Counted from the stretch's first letter, positions 1-8,947 are shown. The stretch: 64,000 nt of DNA from an uncultured Candidatus Saccharibacteria bacterium (GCA_964637575.1 CAZWVU010000001.1:53009-117008); one strand, 5' to 3'. The notes: generated by a model not told the origin, from the sequence alone. Program-made: numbers and translations.

Positions 1-297
1 ATTGGGCCGTTTGTAAAAATGCCGGACCGAGGCGAGATAATCAAATTCGTTTACCAAAGAGATACGGAGGAATTTGAAACGATCCCACAGCTTTGGATGC
101 TCCAGCGGCTTTTTTATGTAGGTCACGCCGGGCGACTGAAAATAACCGCCTGCCTTCGCGGCGGCCTCATCCAGCATCGACGTCAGCACCACCACCCGAT
201 AACGCGACGCCAGGTATTCAATATAGTGCGTGCGCAGAAGATCGGAGGTGAAGATGTAGTGGGGGATGCACAGAAAAACAGTTTTATGTGCGGCCAT
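1..297 (-). CDS. GT-B glycosyltransferase, CDP-glycerol glycerophosphotransferase-like family (partial, runs off left edge)
   Basis: Not in ORF track. Manual translation from ATG at 297: MAAHKTVFLCIPHYIFTSDLLRTHYIEYLASRYRVVVL..., open to base 1, similar to the N-terminus of 21940..23253 (MKTVFLFLSKEIYALDLLRGDYAKYLSDRYRVV). Confidence 0.8.
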   Translation of the reverse strand, partial: MAAHKTVFLCIPHYIFTSDLLRTHYIEYLASRYRVVVLTSMLDEAAAKAGGYFQSPGVTYIKKPLEHPKLWDRFKFLRISLVNEFDYLASVRHFYKRPN

Positions 298-508
298 ACT
301 TTTGGAGAATTTTTTTAAGGTCCCCCACATTCTTCACTTCCGCCATGTCATTAATATCAAAACGCGTTTTATATTGTTTTTCGAGCTCCTGTATCAGGGC
401 TAGGCCGTTAAACGAATCCCAGCTCGGCGTATTTTCCGGGCTGGTCGCGTCATTGATGGCAGACGGATCGACATTAAAAACTTTTCCTAATATTTGTTCG
501 AGGGTCAT
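284..508 (-). CDS. acyl carrier protein
   Basis: 74 aa acidic protein with WDS phosphopantetheine motif (SWDSFNGLALI), directly downstream of an acyl-CoA synthetase. Confidence 0.85.
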   Translation of the reverse strand: MTLEQILGKVFNVDPSAINDATSPENTPSWDSFNGLALIQELEKQYKTRFDINDMAEVKNVGDLKKILQKYGRT

Positions 509-512
509 AGGG

Positions 513-2234
513 TTATTTAGTGGGATTCATTTCCACATCCATCGTGGAAACGTCGCCTGTTTCCATATTCATTTCTTTAGCCCGCAGCACTCTCCGCATA
601 ATCTTGCCGCTTCTGGTCTTGGGGAGTTTTGCAACAAAATCGATTTCGCGCGGCACTTCATGCACCGAAAGATGCTGCTGCACGTATTTCATAATATCGT
701 GCTTCAATGAATCGGCGGCGAGAACGCCCGGCTTCAGAATGATGAATGCTTTAATAATGTTTCCGTAGATATCGTGCGGTTTTCCGATTACACCAGCTTC
801 CGCGACTGCCGGATGGGAAACTAGGGCGCTTTCAATTTCAAACGGACTGATCCGTTCGCCGGCACTTTTGATCATGTCGTCTTCTCTCCCCTGAAACCAG
901 AAATAACCATCCTTATCCTGATAGGCCATATCCCCGGAAATGTACCATTCTTTTTCAAAATAGGACTCGAATTTTTTCTGATTATTCCAGACTGTTTTCA
1001 TAAGCCCCGGCCACGGGATCTTCACGGCCAGACGCCCGATCTGACCCTGAGGCAACTCCTTCGCTTCGTGATCGATGATCGCGGCGGTAATTCCCGGCAA
1101 TGATCTTCCCATCGATCCCTTTTTAATCGGAAGACACCGGTAATTATTGATGAGCTGATGGCCGTTTTCGGTCATATACCAGGAGTCGTGGATGGGGATT
1201 TCCAGATGCTCCATCGTCCAATCGATAAGACTGGGATTGAGCGGCTCTCCGGCGCTGACTATGTGACGCAAATGTTTTAGATTCTCGCGGCCGATAGGAG
1301 CATTATAATAACGCAGAAGCCGGAAGGCGGTAGGCGTGCTGTACCAGACGCTGATATTCATCTTAGCCATAAACTTCACCCATTCAACGGGATGGAAGGC
1401 TCCTTCGTAAAGATGGGCAGCGACACCGAGCAGTAATGGTGCAAAAAAATTATAGACCATGCCAGTGACCCATCCGGGATCGCCCGAGTTCCAATATGCG
1501 TCGTCCGGATGGAGATCGAGGACGTATTGCGCGGTAACGAAGTGCCCGATCATTGCCCGTTGTGCCAGCAGAATTCCTTTTGGCTTGGCGGTCGAGCCGG
1601 AAGTGTAGTGAATGATAAAAGGAGTTTCCAGATCGCCGAATTTGATCACCGAAGCATCGGCCGGACCCTTCAAAAGTTCCTGAACGGGTAAATTGCGTAA
1701 GGACGGGCTGCTCAACTCTGCTGTTCCGTCCGTGACAACATTATGCAAGGTAGGAATATTTTTGAAATCGAGATTTTTCAGCAGCCTCGTATTTACGTAA
1801 ATCCATTCGGCGCCGCAGTCGCCAAGCCGGTCGGTAATGGCATCAGCGCCGAAGGCTTCGAACAAAGGCACGACGACAGCGCCGCACTTGATCGCAGCAA
1901 GCAACACCACCGCATAATCAACGGACTTGGAGGCATAGATACCGAAACGGTCACCCGGCTTGAGTCCCCTGGCCTGCAAAGCTCCGGCCATTATATTGGT
2001 ACGCTCGGCAAGCGTTCGGAACGTGATCCGCTCGACCGCGCCGTCAGCTTTTTGGGCGATCACCGCAGGACGATCTCCCCGTCCCTGGGAAACCTGATAG
2101 TCCGTTATTTCGTAGGCGTAGTTAACTTTGCCGGAAGTATGAAAAGAAAAATTTTTGTGCCATTTTTCCCAGGAAAAATTGCGGCATTCTTTTTCATAAT
2201 TGGTAAAATTCGGCTCCGGCTGCCTGATAGTCAT
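513..2234 (-). CDS. acsA: acetate--CoA ligase-like AMP-binding enzyme
   Basis: YTSGSTAKPKG P-loop, GDPGWVTG, SAGEPLNP, WYMTENG, LPKTRSGKIMRR motifs. Confidence 0.85.
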   Translation of the reverse strand: MTIRQPEPNFTNYEKECRNFSWEKWHKNFSFHTSGKVNYAYEITDYQVSQGRGDRPAVIAQKADGAVERITFRTLAERTNIMAGALQARGLKPGDRFGIYASKSVDYAVVLLAAIKCGAVVVPLFEAFGADAITDRLGDCGAEWIYVNTRLLKNLDFKNIPTLHNVVTDGTAELSSPSLRNLPVQELLKGPADASVIKFGDLETPFIIHYTSGSTAKPKGILLAQRAMIGHFVTAQYVLDLHPDDAYWNSGDPGWVTGMVYNFFAPLLLGVAAHLYEGAFHPVEWVKFMAKMNISVWYSTPTAFRLLRYYNAPIGRENLKHLRHIVSAGEPLNPSLIDWTMEHLEIPIHDSWYMTENGHQLINNYRCLPIKKGSMGRSLPGITAAIIDHEAKELPQGQIGRLAVKIPWPGLMKTVWNNQKKFESYFEKEWYISGDMAYQDKDGYFWFQGREDDMIKSAGERISPFEIESALVSHPAVAEAGVIGKPHDIYGNIIKAFIILKPGVLAADSLKHDIMKYVQQHLSVHEVPREIDFVAKLPKTRSGKIMRRVLRAKEMNMETGDVSTMDVEMNPTK

Positions 2235-2241
2235 ACCCTCA

Positions 2242-2270
2242 ATAATAGTCGATTTTTAGCTTAAAATCAA
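2242..2270 (-). promoter_or_regulatory. sigma70 promoter, leaderless (acsA)
   Basis: TTGATT-17-TATTAT, then 7 nt to ATG at 2234. Confidence 0.6.
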
Positions 2271-2272
2271 TT

Positions 2273-2300
2273 AAAAAATCCACCCCCGAAAGGGTGGATT
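2273..2300 (-). terminator. intrinsic terminator after panE-like gene
   Basis: 9 bp stem AATCCACCC/GGGTGGATT followed by U-tract on the minus strand. Confidence 0.8.
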
Positions 2301-2311
2301 AGGTGATGTAC

Positions 2312-3235
2312 TTACGACTTCCGGATATCGGACTCAATCGCCTTCATCAGAGAATAGAGCGTCGCGTTGACCGGCACGGAAATGGCATGCTTCTCGGCCA
2401 TTCTCACCACCGCGCCAACGAAACTTTCAAACTCCAGCTTCTTCTTGCGCTTGCGGATATCGTTGAGCGTCGAGCTGATGTACTCGCCGAACGATTTGGC
2501 GGAGCCCAGCACTTCCGCCGTATCCGCCCCGGAAAGACTGACGCCTTCCGCGCGGCCGACTGTCACCACTTCGGCAATCAGACGGTTCAGCATTTCCGCC
2601 GACTCCGTGCATTCGTGCATCCGATTAAAGGGAAGATTGCAGATGGCGGCCGGAATGTTCACGATGCAGTTCCAGAGGAACTTTTTCCAAAGCCGCGTGC
2701 GGATGTCGCGCGGCCGGAAATTCGGAATCCCCGCGTCATCGAACATGTGGTGCAAGGCGTGTGTCCGCTCCGACTCCTGGCCGTCCCATTCGCCGAAGTA
2801 GATCTCGCCTTTGTTCTTGTGCTGAACAATGCCCGCTTCGTCGATGGAAACACCGACGATGGTGAATCCGGGCAGCACCCTCTCAGGGCCGATCACCGCA
2901 GCGATCCGCTCGCAATTGTCGATGCCGTTCTGGAGGGTAAGGATCGCGGTCCGGTCACCGAGCACCGGAAGCATTTGTTCGGCGGCTTCGTCGGTGTCGT
3001 ACGATTTGACCGTGAACAGGACGCAATCGGCGGGCTTTAGCCCATCCATCCGGTCCTTTACGTTCACGTCGCGCACCGCAAAATCGGAATTGACGCTCTT
3101 CACCACGATGCCGTGATCCTTCAGGTGACGGAAATTCCGTCCGCGGGTAATGAATGTGACGTCATGTCCCGCGCGGGCAATCAGGCCGCCATAAAACGAT
3201 CCGATGGCGCCCGCTCCCATTACATGCACCCTCAT
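2312..3235 (-). CDS. panE: ketopantoate reductase (PanE/ApbA) family 2-oxoacid reductase
   Basis: GAGAIG Rossmann motif, VKSYD, LQNG, LWKKFLWN, SSTLNDI. Start moved to ATG 3235, behind SD GGAAAGGAGA. Confidence 0.85.
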   Translation of the reverse strand: MRVHVMGAGAIGSFYGGLIARAGHDVTFITRGRNFRHLKDHGIVVKSVNSDFAVRDVNVKDRMDGLKPADCVLFTVKSYDTDEAAEQMLPVLGDRTAILTLQNGIDNCERIAAVIGPERVLPGFTIVGVSIDEAGIVQHKNKGEIYFGEWDGQESERTHALHHMFDDAGIPNFRPRDIRTRLWKKFLWNCIVNIPAAICNLPFNRMHECTESAEMLNRLIAEVVTVGRAEGVSLSGADTAEVLGSAKSFGEYISSTLNDIRKRKKKLEFESFVGAVVRMAEKHAISVPVNATLYSLMKAIESDIRKS

Positions 3236-3240
3236 CAATC

Positions 3241-3307
3241 TCTCCTTTCCAAAATAATCAAAGTACACTTGCCAGGACACGATACTGGATAATTACTGAA
3301 AAATCAA
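3241..3307 (-). promoter_or_regulatory. promoter + boxA-like leader + SD (panE)
   Basis: TTGATT(3302-3307)-17-TATCGT(3279-3284); GTACTTTGATT (3256-3266); GGAAAGGAGA (3241-3250). Confidence 0.6.
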
Positions 3308-3314
3308 GTCAGCA

Positions 3315-3346
3315 AAAATAAAAACGGCCCGATTGAAATCGGGCCG
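3315..3346 (-). terminator. intrinsic terminator after isocitrate lyase-family gene
   Basis: CGGCCCGAT/ATCGGGCCG stem followed by TTTTTATTTTT on the minus strand. Confidence 0.8.
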
Positions 3347-3351
3347 AATGA

Positions 3352-4356
3352 TTAGTGAGCGTCTCCTTCGCGGAAACCTTCCGACTGCTTGATCCGCTCC
3401 GCGGCTTCGGGAGAATAGGTCTTCTCCAGCTCCTGATAGTAGGGAGCGTTGCTGAGCTTGTGGTGGCTCTGGGTGGGATGGCCGTCCTTCTGGCGCTCCA
3501 GTTCCCACTGCCCGTGCTCGGCAACCCGCACCAGCGCCTGCATACCGTCCCACATCGCATGGGTAGCCGCGTGGTAGGCGAACAAAGTGATGAAGATGTA
3601 GCGGTAGCCCATCTGCGCCAGCTCTTTGAACGTCATCGGATTTTCCTGCTTGTGCCACTGGAACGAAGAAGAATAATTGAAAGCGAGCGGCAGATCCGGA
3701 TGCGTGCCGCGCACCGCGCCGGCAAACTCTTCGGCTTTCTGCCGGTCGGGAGTGCCGAATTCGCACCAGATGAGATCGGCGCCCGCGTCGGCATACGCAA
3801 TGCCGCGCTCCTTCGCCTTTTCCATACTGCCGCCGACCGCCCCAAGGGAATCGGTTCTCGCGATGACGATGAAATTCCTGTCATTCTCATCGCGGACATC
3901 CAGCGCGGCGCGCAGTTTTCCCAGCGACTCCGCCAGCGGCAGGACTCTCCGGCCCGCCATATGGCCGCAGCGTTTCGGACCCTTCTGATCCTCGATGTGC
4001 ACGCCGGCCACGCCGGTCTTCATGTACTCTTCCATCGTACGCTGCATATGGATGGCGTCGCCGTAACCGTCATCCGCGTCGGCGATCACCGGCGCCGCAT
4101 TCATGTTGTGCGCCTTGGCCGCCAGCTTCAGGGCATCCACCACCCGGTGGGCGGTGTAGACCATTTCAAAACGCTGGATGATGCCGATGTCGGTCACGCC
4201 CCACTGGGCGCTCGCGGTGGAATACCCGCTCAGGTATACCGCCTGATGACCGACCCGCTGGGCGATCTGTGCCCCGACCGCGTCGTAGACTCCCGGCGCG
4301 AACACATAGGGATCGCGCGCCAACTTTTCGCGGAACAGCCTGCTTGCCTGCTTCAT
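3352..4356 (-). CDS. aceA: isocitrate lyase family enzyme (short, haloarchaeal-like)
   Basis: YLSGY, DADDGYG, HIEDQ, KRCGH catalytic motif, ARTD, LAFNYSSSF, ELAQMGYRYIFITL (ICL-type C-terminal motifs). Confidence 0.75.
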   Translation of the reverse strand: MKQASRLFREKLARDPYVFAPGVYDAVGAQIAQRVGHQAVYLSGYSTASAQWGVTDIGIIQRFEMVYTAHRVVDALKLAAKAHNMNAAPVIADADDGYGDAIHMQRTMEEYMKTGVAGVHIEDQKGPKRCGHMAGRRVLPLAESLGKLRAALDVRDENDRNFIVIARTDSLGAVGGSMEKAKERGIAYADAGADLIWCEFGTPDRQKAEEFAGAVRGTHPDLPLAFNYSSSFQWHKQENPMTFKELAQMGYRYIFITLFAYHAATHAMWDGMQALVRVAEHGQWELERQKDGHPTQSHHKLSNAPYYQELEKTYSPEAAERIKQSEGFREGDAH

Positions 4357-4364
4357 GTGCGTTT

Positions 4365-4422
4365 CTCCTCAACACGTGAAAAGTTCTGACGGTAATGTAC
4401 CACAAAAAATCAGCCCCGGCAA
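4365..4422 (-). promoter_or_regulatory. promoter + leader + SD (aceA)
   Basis: TTGCCG(4417-4422)-17-TACATT(4394-4399); degenerate GAACTTTTCAC motif; SD GAGGAG. Confidence 0.6.
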
Positions 4423-4423
4423 C

Positions 4424-5464
4424 TCAAAATGGCCGGTCCTGATCGCCGCCGGCCTTCATCGTGTACCAGTCTTTGAGCGGCGCCGGCAGCGAACTTTTCA
4501 CCGCGAAATTCAAATGGGTGCGCTTGAAACTCACCGGGTTGAACAGTATCGGTATTTCCCGATAGGCCGGGTCGTCGCCGTGTACAAAACCCGCGGCGCG
4601 GAGGCCGGCATTGTGGAAATCGCCGCTGGAAAAATAATCGATAAAATCAATGTTCTGCCCGCGGCAATATTCCACCAGCGCGCCGAGCATATACGCCTCG
4701 GCGTCCTTTTCCGCGATGAAATCAATGATCCGCGCGGCGCGGACACCGGTCGGCTGTTCTTTTTTAACATCCTCAAAACGAAGCACGGCGAATGCCTTCA
4801 CGGCATTTCCCTGCTTCGCCACAAACATCGGATACTTCACCAGCGGATTATTCGCAAAACGCCAATTGAGATAGTCAGCGCTGCGATTCACGGTAATCGG
4901 ATAGCGGCCCCGGACTGATGTCCAAAAAACATCCATTTCCTTCCCGAAATGGTGCACCGGTTCAAACGTATAATTCCCCCGAACTGGCGCTGAAGCGGCG
5001 GACGCGGGAAGGTCGTAGAGATTGTTTTTCGGATTAATCACGTACAAAAAACGCGAAAGGTTTTCGCCCTCCCAGCCGGCTTTCATGAAAAGGGGCCAGG
5101 CGGTGTCATTAATGGTGTGATCGATGGAAAGTTCGTTGAGCTTCGCCGCCCGGTCCAAAAGAAGATAGCCATAGCCGAGTGCGCGGAGATTTTTTTTCAC
5201 GATCAGGTTGCACAGCTGGGTGGCCATCACATCCTTCCCGTAATAATTAAAGGGAGTCATGAACAATCCGAACGTCCCAAGCAGATCGCCCCGCTCCGAC
5301 CAGAGACCGAGCGTTGAATATTCTTCCTTATTCCCGTTCGTAAAGCCATCGAACTGCCAGTCGTAATAGGTTTTGTCGGCAAAGATGTGCTCCGGCTTGT
5401 ATTCGGCGGCGTTGAAAACGCGCAATTGTTCCCACTCGGACTTTTTAACCGGTCTTATTTCCAT
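4424..5464 (-). CDS. GNAT-like acyltransferase (tandem GNAT)
   Basis: LIVKKNLRALGYG acyl-CoA binding motif and RSADYLNWRF, typical of glycan-cluster GNATs. Start set at MEIRP (5464). Confidence 0.65.
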   Translation of the reverse strand: MEIRPVKKSEWEQLRVFNAAEYKPEHIFADKTYYDWQFDGFTNGNKEEYSTLGLWSERGDLLGTFGLFMTPFNYYGKDVMATQLCNLIVKKNLRALGYGYLLLDRAAKLNELSIDHTINDTAWPLFMKAGWEGENLSRFLYVINPKNNLYDLPASAASAPVRGNYTFEPVHHFGKEMDVFWTSVRGRYPITVNRSADYLNWRFANNPLVKYPMFVAKQGNAVKAFAVLRFEDVKKEQPTGVRAARIIDFIAEKDAEAYMLGALVEYCRGQNIDFIDYFSSGDFHNAGLRAAGFVHGDDPAYREIPILFNPVSFKRTHLNFAVKSSLPAPLKDWYTMKAGGDQDRPF

Positions 5465-5554
5465 CCCACACATAACAAAGAGTGCGCTCCGCGCAATCTT
5501 TGCGATACATCATATTTCGACTGTTTTATCATTGGCTCTTTGTTATGTGTGGGA
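5464..5554. mobile_element. MITE-like element with 19-20 bp perfect terminal inverted repeats and short target duplication
   Basis: ATCCCACACATAACAAAGAG (5463-5482) and CTCTTTGTTATGTGTGGGAT (5536-5555); direct repeat TCCAT at 5460-5464 and 5555-5559. Confidence 0.7.
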
Positions 5555-5780
5555 TCCATGATTCAACAATATTCGCAATGGTTTCCAGGGAATTAAAATT
5601 TTCCGGCGTGAGCGCTTCCATGCGCGGCACAATCCCGAGACTGCTCTCGATAAATCCGATCAGCTTGATCATGGTAAAGGAATCCAGAACGCCCCTCTCA
5701 ATCAGATTGACGGAAGAGTCCTCGATCTTCTGTTGGGTTTCTTTTTCCAGAAACGCTTTAATGTTTTCTTGTATATTCAT
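5529..5780 (-). CDS. acyl/aminoacyl carrier protein (DltC-like)
   Basis: GVLDSFTMIKLI phosphopantetheine motif; overlaps the end of an adenylation enzyme gene. The C-terminal IPHITKSQ is encoded by the MITE. Confidence 0.85.
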   Translation of the reverse strand: MNIQENIKAFLEKETQQKIEDSSVNLIERGVLDSFTMIKLIGFIESSLGIVPRMEALTPENFNSLETIANIVESWIPHITKSQ

Positions 5781-7251
5781 CTTTTAATTTCGGCCGGTCT
5801 ACCTTTCCCGTGCTGGTGCGCGGCAGAATGTCCCGGATCTCGATGATGTGGGGAATCATATAATGCGGCAGGAGCTTTGCCAAATCGGTCTTGATTGTTT
5901 CCGGCGTCATGCCTTTTTCTTTCAGACTGACAAACGCGGCGATTTCAACGCCGCCCGTTTCCGGCGCCTCCACCGCGATTACCCCCGCTTCTTTTATAGA
6001 GGAAAGCGAATAGAGCGCGGCCTCGATATCGCCAAGCTCGATGCGGTTTCCCATCACCTTCACCTGAAAATCTTTCCGGCCGATGAATTCGTAATTGCCG
6101 TCGGGAAGCCGGCGGACCAGATCGCCGGTCTTGTACACCATACCCGCCTTGCCCGGACGCGGATCCGGCACGAACGCTTCCGCGGTTTTTTCCGGATTAT
6201 TCCAGTAGCCCTTGCCAACTCCGGCACCGGCGACATACAGTTCTCCGTCAACGTCGAACACCTCCGCGCCACGCTGGGCTTTTCCGATCGGCACCAGCCT
6301 GGAAAGATCAGCGGGCGGCGCCGGAACGCGGTAGAACGTGCACTGGACGGTCGTCTCGGTCGGTCCATACATATTTATAAATTCTTTTTCCGGATAGGTC
6401 TTCATCCACTCCGCCAGAAACTTTGCCGGGAATCCTTCACCGTTGAAAAATATTTTCTTCACGCTCGCCATCCGTTCCGGCTTCACCAACCCGGCGTTGG
6501 AAAGATATACCATTACCGACGGAACGGAGTCCCAGATGGTAAGCCGGTGGTCTTCGATGAATTTCATGAGCTGGCCGGGAAAAAGCGAAAGCGATTCAGG
6601 CACGAGGTAGAGTGTCGCGGCGGATTTGAACGCGCAGTAGAGATCAAAGGTGGAAAGATCGAAATGGAGCGGCGGGTGCTGGGACATCCGGTCTTCATGG
6701 GTGATGTTGAATTCGTCCACCGCCCATTCGGTCGCGTTAATAACGTTCGCGTGCGTAATCATCACTCCCTTCGGCGTTCCGGTGGAGCCGGAGGTATAAA
6801 GAATGTAGGCAAGATCACCGGAAGAATTTTTGTAATCGAGCGGGGCGGAAGAAAATTCCCGGACAAATTCCCGGTCGTCATCCAGATTTAAAATTGTCCC
6901 GGCAGCGGCGACGGTAGGAAGCGTTTTATTATTGCAGATCACGATTGCCGGCCTGGCGTCGTCGATGATCTGCTTCGCCCGCGCCGCGGGCGCCTGCGGA
7001 TTGAGCGGCACATAGACCGCGTCGGCTTTCAGGATGCCGGCGAGGGCAATCAGCGAGTCGATCGATTTAAAAAGACAGAAGGCCACCCGGTCGCCGCGTG
7101 TTACGCCCAGTTTCTGCAATGCCCGCGCCATCTGATTGCTCCTTTCGTCAAAATCCTGGTAGGAAATAAGTTCGCCACCGAAAACCGCCGCCGGTTTCTC
7201 CGGAAACTTTTTCGCCGATTCGGAAATATAATCCTGAAGCAGGTTGATCAT
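5758..7251 (-). CDS. stand-alone amino acid adenylation enzyme (DltA-like)
   Basis: YILYTSGSTGTPKGV, HFDLS, NMYGPTE, YKTGDL, GRKDFQVKVMGNRIELG, TGKVDR. Confidence 0.85.
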   Translation of the reverse strand: MINLLQDYISESAKKFPEKPAAVFGGELISYQDFDERSNQMARALQKLGVTRGDRVAFCLFKSIDSLIALAGILKADAVYVPLNPQAPAARAKQIIDDARPAIVICNNKTLPTVAAAGTILNLDDDREFVREFSSAPLDYKNSSGDLAYILYTSGSTGTPKGVMITHANVINATEWAVDEFNITHEDRMSQHPPLHFDLSTFDLYCAFKSAATLYLVPESLSLFPGQLMKFIEDHRLTIWDSVPSVMVYLSNAGLVKPERMASVKKIFFNGEGFPAKFLAEWMKTYPEKEFINMYGPTETTVQCTFYRVPAPPADLSRLVPIGKAQRGAEVFDVDGELYVAGAGVGKGYWNNPEKTAEAFVPDPRPGKAGMVYKTGDLVRRLPDGNYEFIGRKDFQVKVMGNRIELGDIEAALYSLSSIKEAGVIAVEAPETGGVEIAAFVSLKEKGMTPETIKTDLAKLLPHYMIPHIIEIRDILPRTSTGKVDRPKLKDEYTRKH

Positions 7252-7589
7252 TGTGTTACCGCGATCGCGACCGCGTAATCATGGGTATGCGAAAGGGAAA
7301 CCAGCACCCGGGGCGCCCGGCGGATATTGCGGATTCTGGCGACCGGACGGCCGTCCTTGCGGTTTGAAATTTCAAAATTGCCGGCCTGATACACACTTGC
7401 ATTGAGCGCTTTGGCAATCGCCTCTTTGGCGGCAAAGCGGGCGGCAAAATGCGGATAGGGGTCTTTTTTGGAAAGACAATAGGCGATTTCTTTGGCGGTG
7501 AAAATGCGGCCGTAAAAAGACCGGTTCCGCTGGAATGGCAGCTTCCGGAAACGGCCGACGCTTTCTATATCTACTCCGATATTCTTCAT
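7248..7589 (-). CDS. acpS: holo-ACP synthase (4'-phosphopantetheinyl transferase)
   Basis: IGVDI, FAARFAAKEA, SLSHTHDYAVA. Start set at MKNIG (7589). Confidence 0.9.
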   Translation of the reverse strand: MKNIGVDIESVGRFRKLPFQRNRSFYGRIFTAKEIAYCLSKKDPYPHFAARFAAKEAIAKALNASVYQAGNFEISNRKDGRPVARIRNIRRAPRVLVSLSHTHDYAVAIAVTQ

Positions 7590-7590
7590 G

Positions 7591-8946
7591 TTAGGCGATG
7601 CTGTCCCGCAGAAATCCGGCAATACGCTGACCGGCGTGGCCATCCAGTTCGCCGCACTGCTCGCGGACGAGGCGCGCCCGGCCTTCCTCGTCCAGCTCCG
7701 GGTGTTCCAGATAGCGCCGGATCTGGCTGATCAATTCTTCCTCCGACCGGGGATAGGCAATCCCGCCGCTGTTCACCGCATTCCGGTAATGCGTCATCTG
7801 GTAAAAATGCGTCGGTGATTTCGAGAGAAGCTGGCGCTCCTTTACTTCAAAATCAATGTTGATCACCGGCTTGTGGAATACCGCCGCGTCGATACTCATA
7901 CTGGAAGCGTAGCAGATAAAGAGATCGGCGTTGGCGAGCGTGTCGGTCAGTCCCCGGATATCGTCAAAACTCATGTCCCAATCCACGCCGCGGGTGGAGG
8001 AAAAGCGGATGCCGGGACGGTCGTATACAAGATAGGAGCGTTTCCGCAATTCCGATTCGTCCAGAAAATCATTGGGTTGAAAGCGCACGAGAAGCTGGGC
8101 GTTCGGAATCCGCCCCGCGGAAATCGCCGCGTGCAGAAGATCAACGATATCCCAGTCGGAATTGCTGTAGGTTTTTCCCATCGGCGCGTAGACGATTATC
8201 TTTTTTGCCGGATCAAGTCCTTTTTTCGCGCAAAAATCCTTCCGGCTCATCGGCGGGTAATTCACATGCCAGTCATATTGAGGAATGCCGGCCACGAAAA
8301 TATCCCCGGCCTTCATGTCGGCATGCCGGATCGCCTCTTCCTTCACCAGATCATTGAAGACGATCAGCTTGCCGGGGAGAAGCCGCATGATGCCGCGGGC
8401 GGTAAGCTTGTCCCACGAATTGATGAATCCGACCGCGGGCACGCCGCGCCGCTTTGCTTCGCGCAAAAGATCGGTTTCAGTGTCATCGAAAAGATGCGCC
8501 AGAAACACCGCGTCCGGGGAATATTTATCGAAAAATTCACCGAACAGGCCGCTTCCCCCGAAGTGGAAATCAAGCCGGCGGACGATCTGGCGGACGGACC
8601 GGCGGGCCAGCATGCGGTTCAGAAGCCAGTTCGCAGCGTATCCGAGGTAATTTCCGGTTTCCTCCAGAAGCATGCGGCGGCGGAGATCAACTGTGGCGGT
8701 CCGCAGTAAAAGGAATTTCAGATTGCTGAAAAAAGTTTCGCTCCGGCCCGGCGCGCGTTCCGGCGCTACTTCATACACGACATTCCGGCCGGAAAATTCC
8801 TTCCGGTAATATTCGGCCCGCTCCGGCGTCCGTACGAACAGCACCAGGCGCAGCTCCGGATCGGCGGCCAGCGTTTTGTAAATGTCGGTGCGGAGAATGT
8901 TCTTGGCCTCCACTCCCTGAAACAGGGTAATAAAAATAGTACGCAT
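7591..8946 (-). CDS. GT-B glycosyltransferase, CDP-glycerol glycerophosphotransferase-like family
   Basis: SWDKLT, GIPQYD, SSMSIDAAVFHKPVI; paralog of 21940..23253 and 33077..34444. Confidence 0.7.
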   Translation of the reverse strand: MRTIFITLFQGVEAKNILRTDIYKTLAADPELRLVLFVRTPERAEYYRKEFSGRNVVYEVAPERAPGRSETFFSNLKFLLLRTATVDLRRRMLLEETGNYLGYAANWLLNRMLARRSVRQIVRRLDFHFGGSGLFGEFFDKYSPDAVFLAHLFDDTETDLLREAKRRGVPAVGFINSWDKLTARGIMRLLPGKLIVFNDLVKEEAIRHADMKAGDIFVAGIPQYDWHVNYPPMSRKDFCAKKGLDPAKKIIVYAPMGKTYSNSDWDIVDLLHAAISAGRIPNAQLLVRFQPNDFLDESELRKRSYLVYDRPGIRFSSTRGVDWDMSFDDIRGLTDTLANADLFICYASSMSIDAAVFHKPVINIDFEVKERQLLSKSPTHFYQMTHYRNAVNSGGIAYPRSEEELISQIRRYLEHPELDEEGRARLVREQCGELDGHAGQRIAGFLRDSIA

Positions 8947-8947
8947 G

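Noticed and set aside
3352-4356. PEP mutase / phosphonate biosynthesis
   Set aside because: Has KRCGH, not the PepM EDKxxxxxNS motif; no phosphonopyruvate decarboxylase in the window.
5529-7589. NRPS or canonical dlt operon
   Set aside because: Stand-alone A domain and carrier only; no condensation or thioesterase domain, no DltB/DltD in the window.
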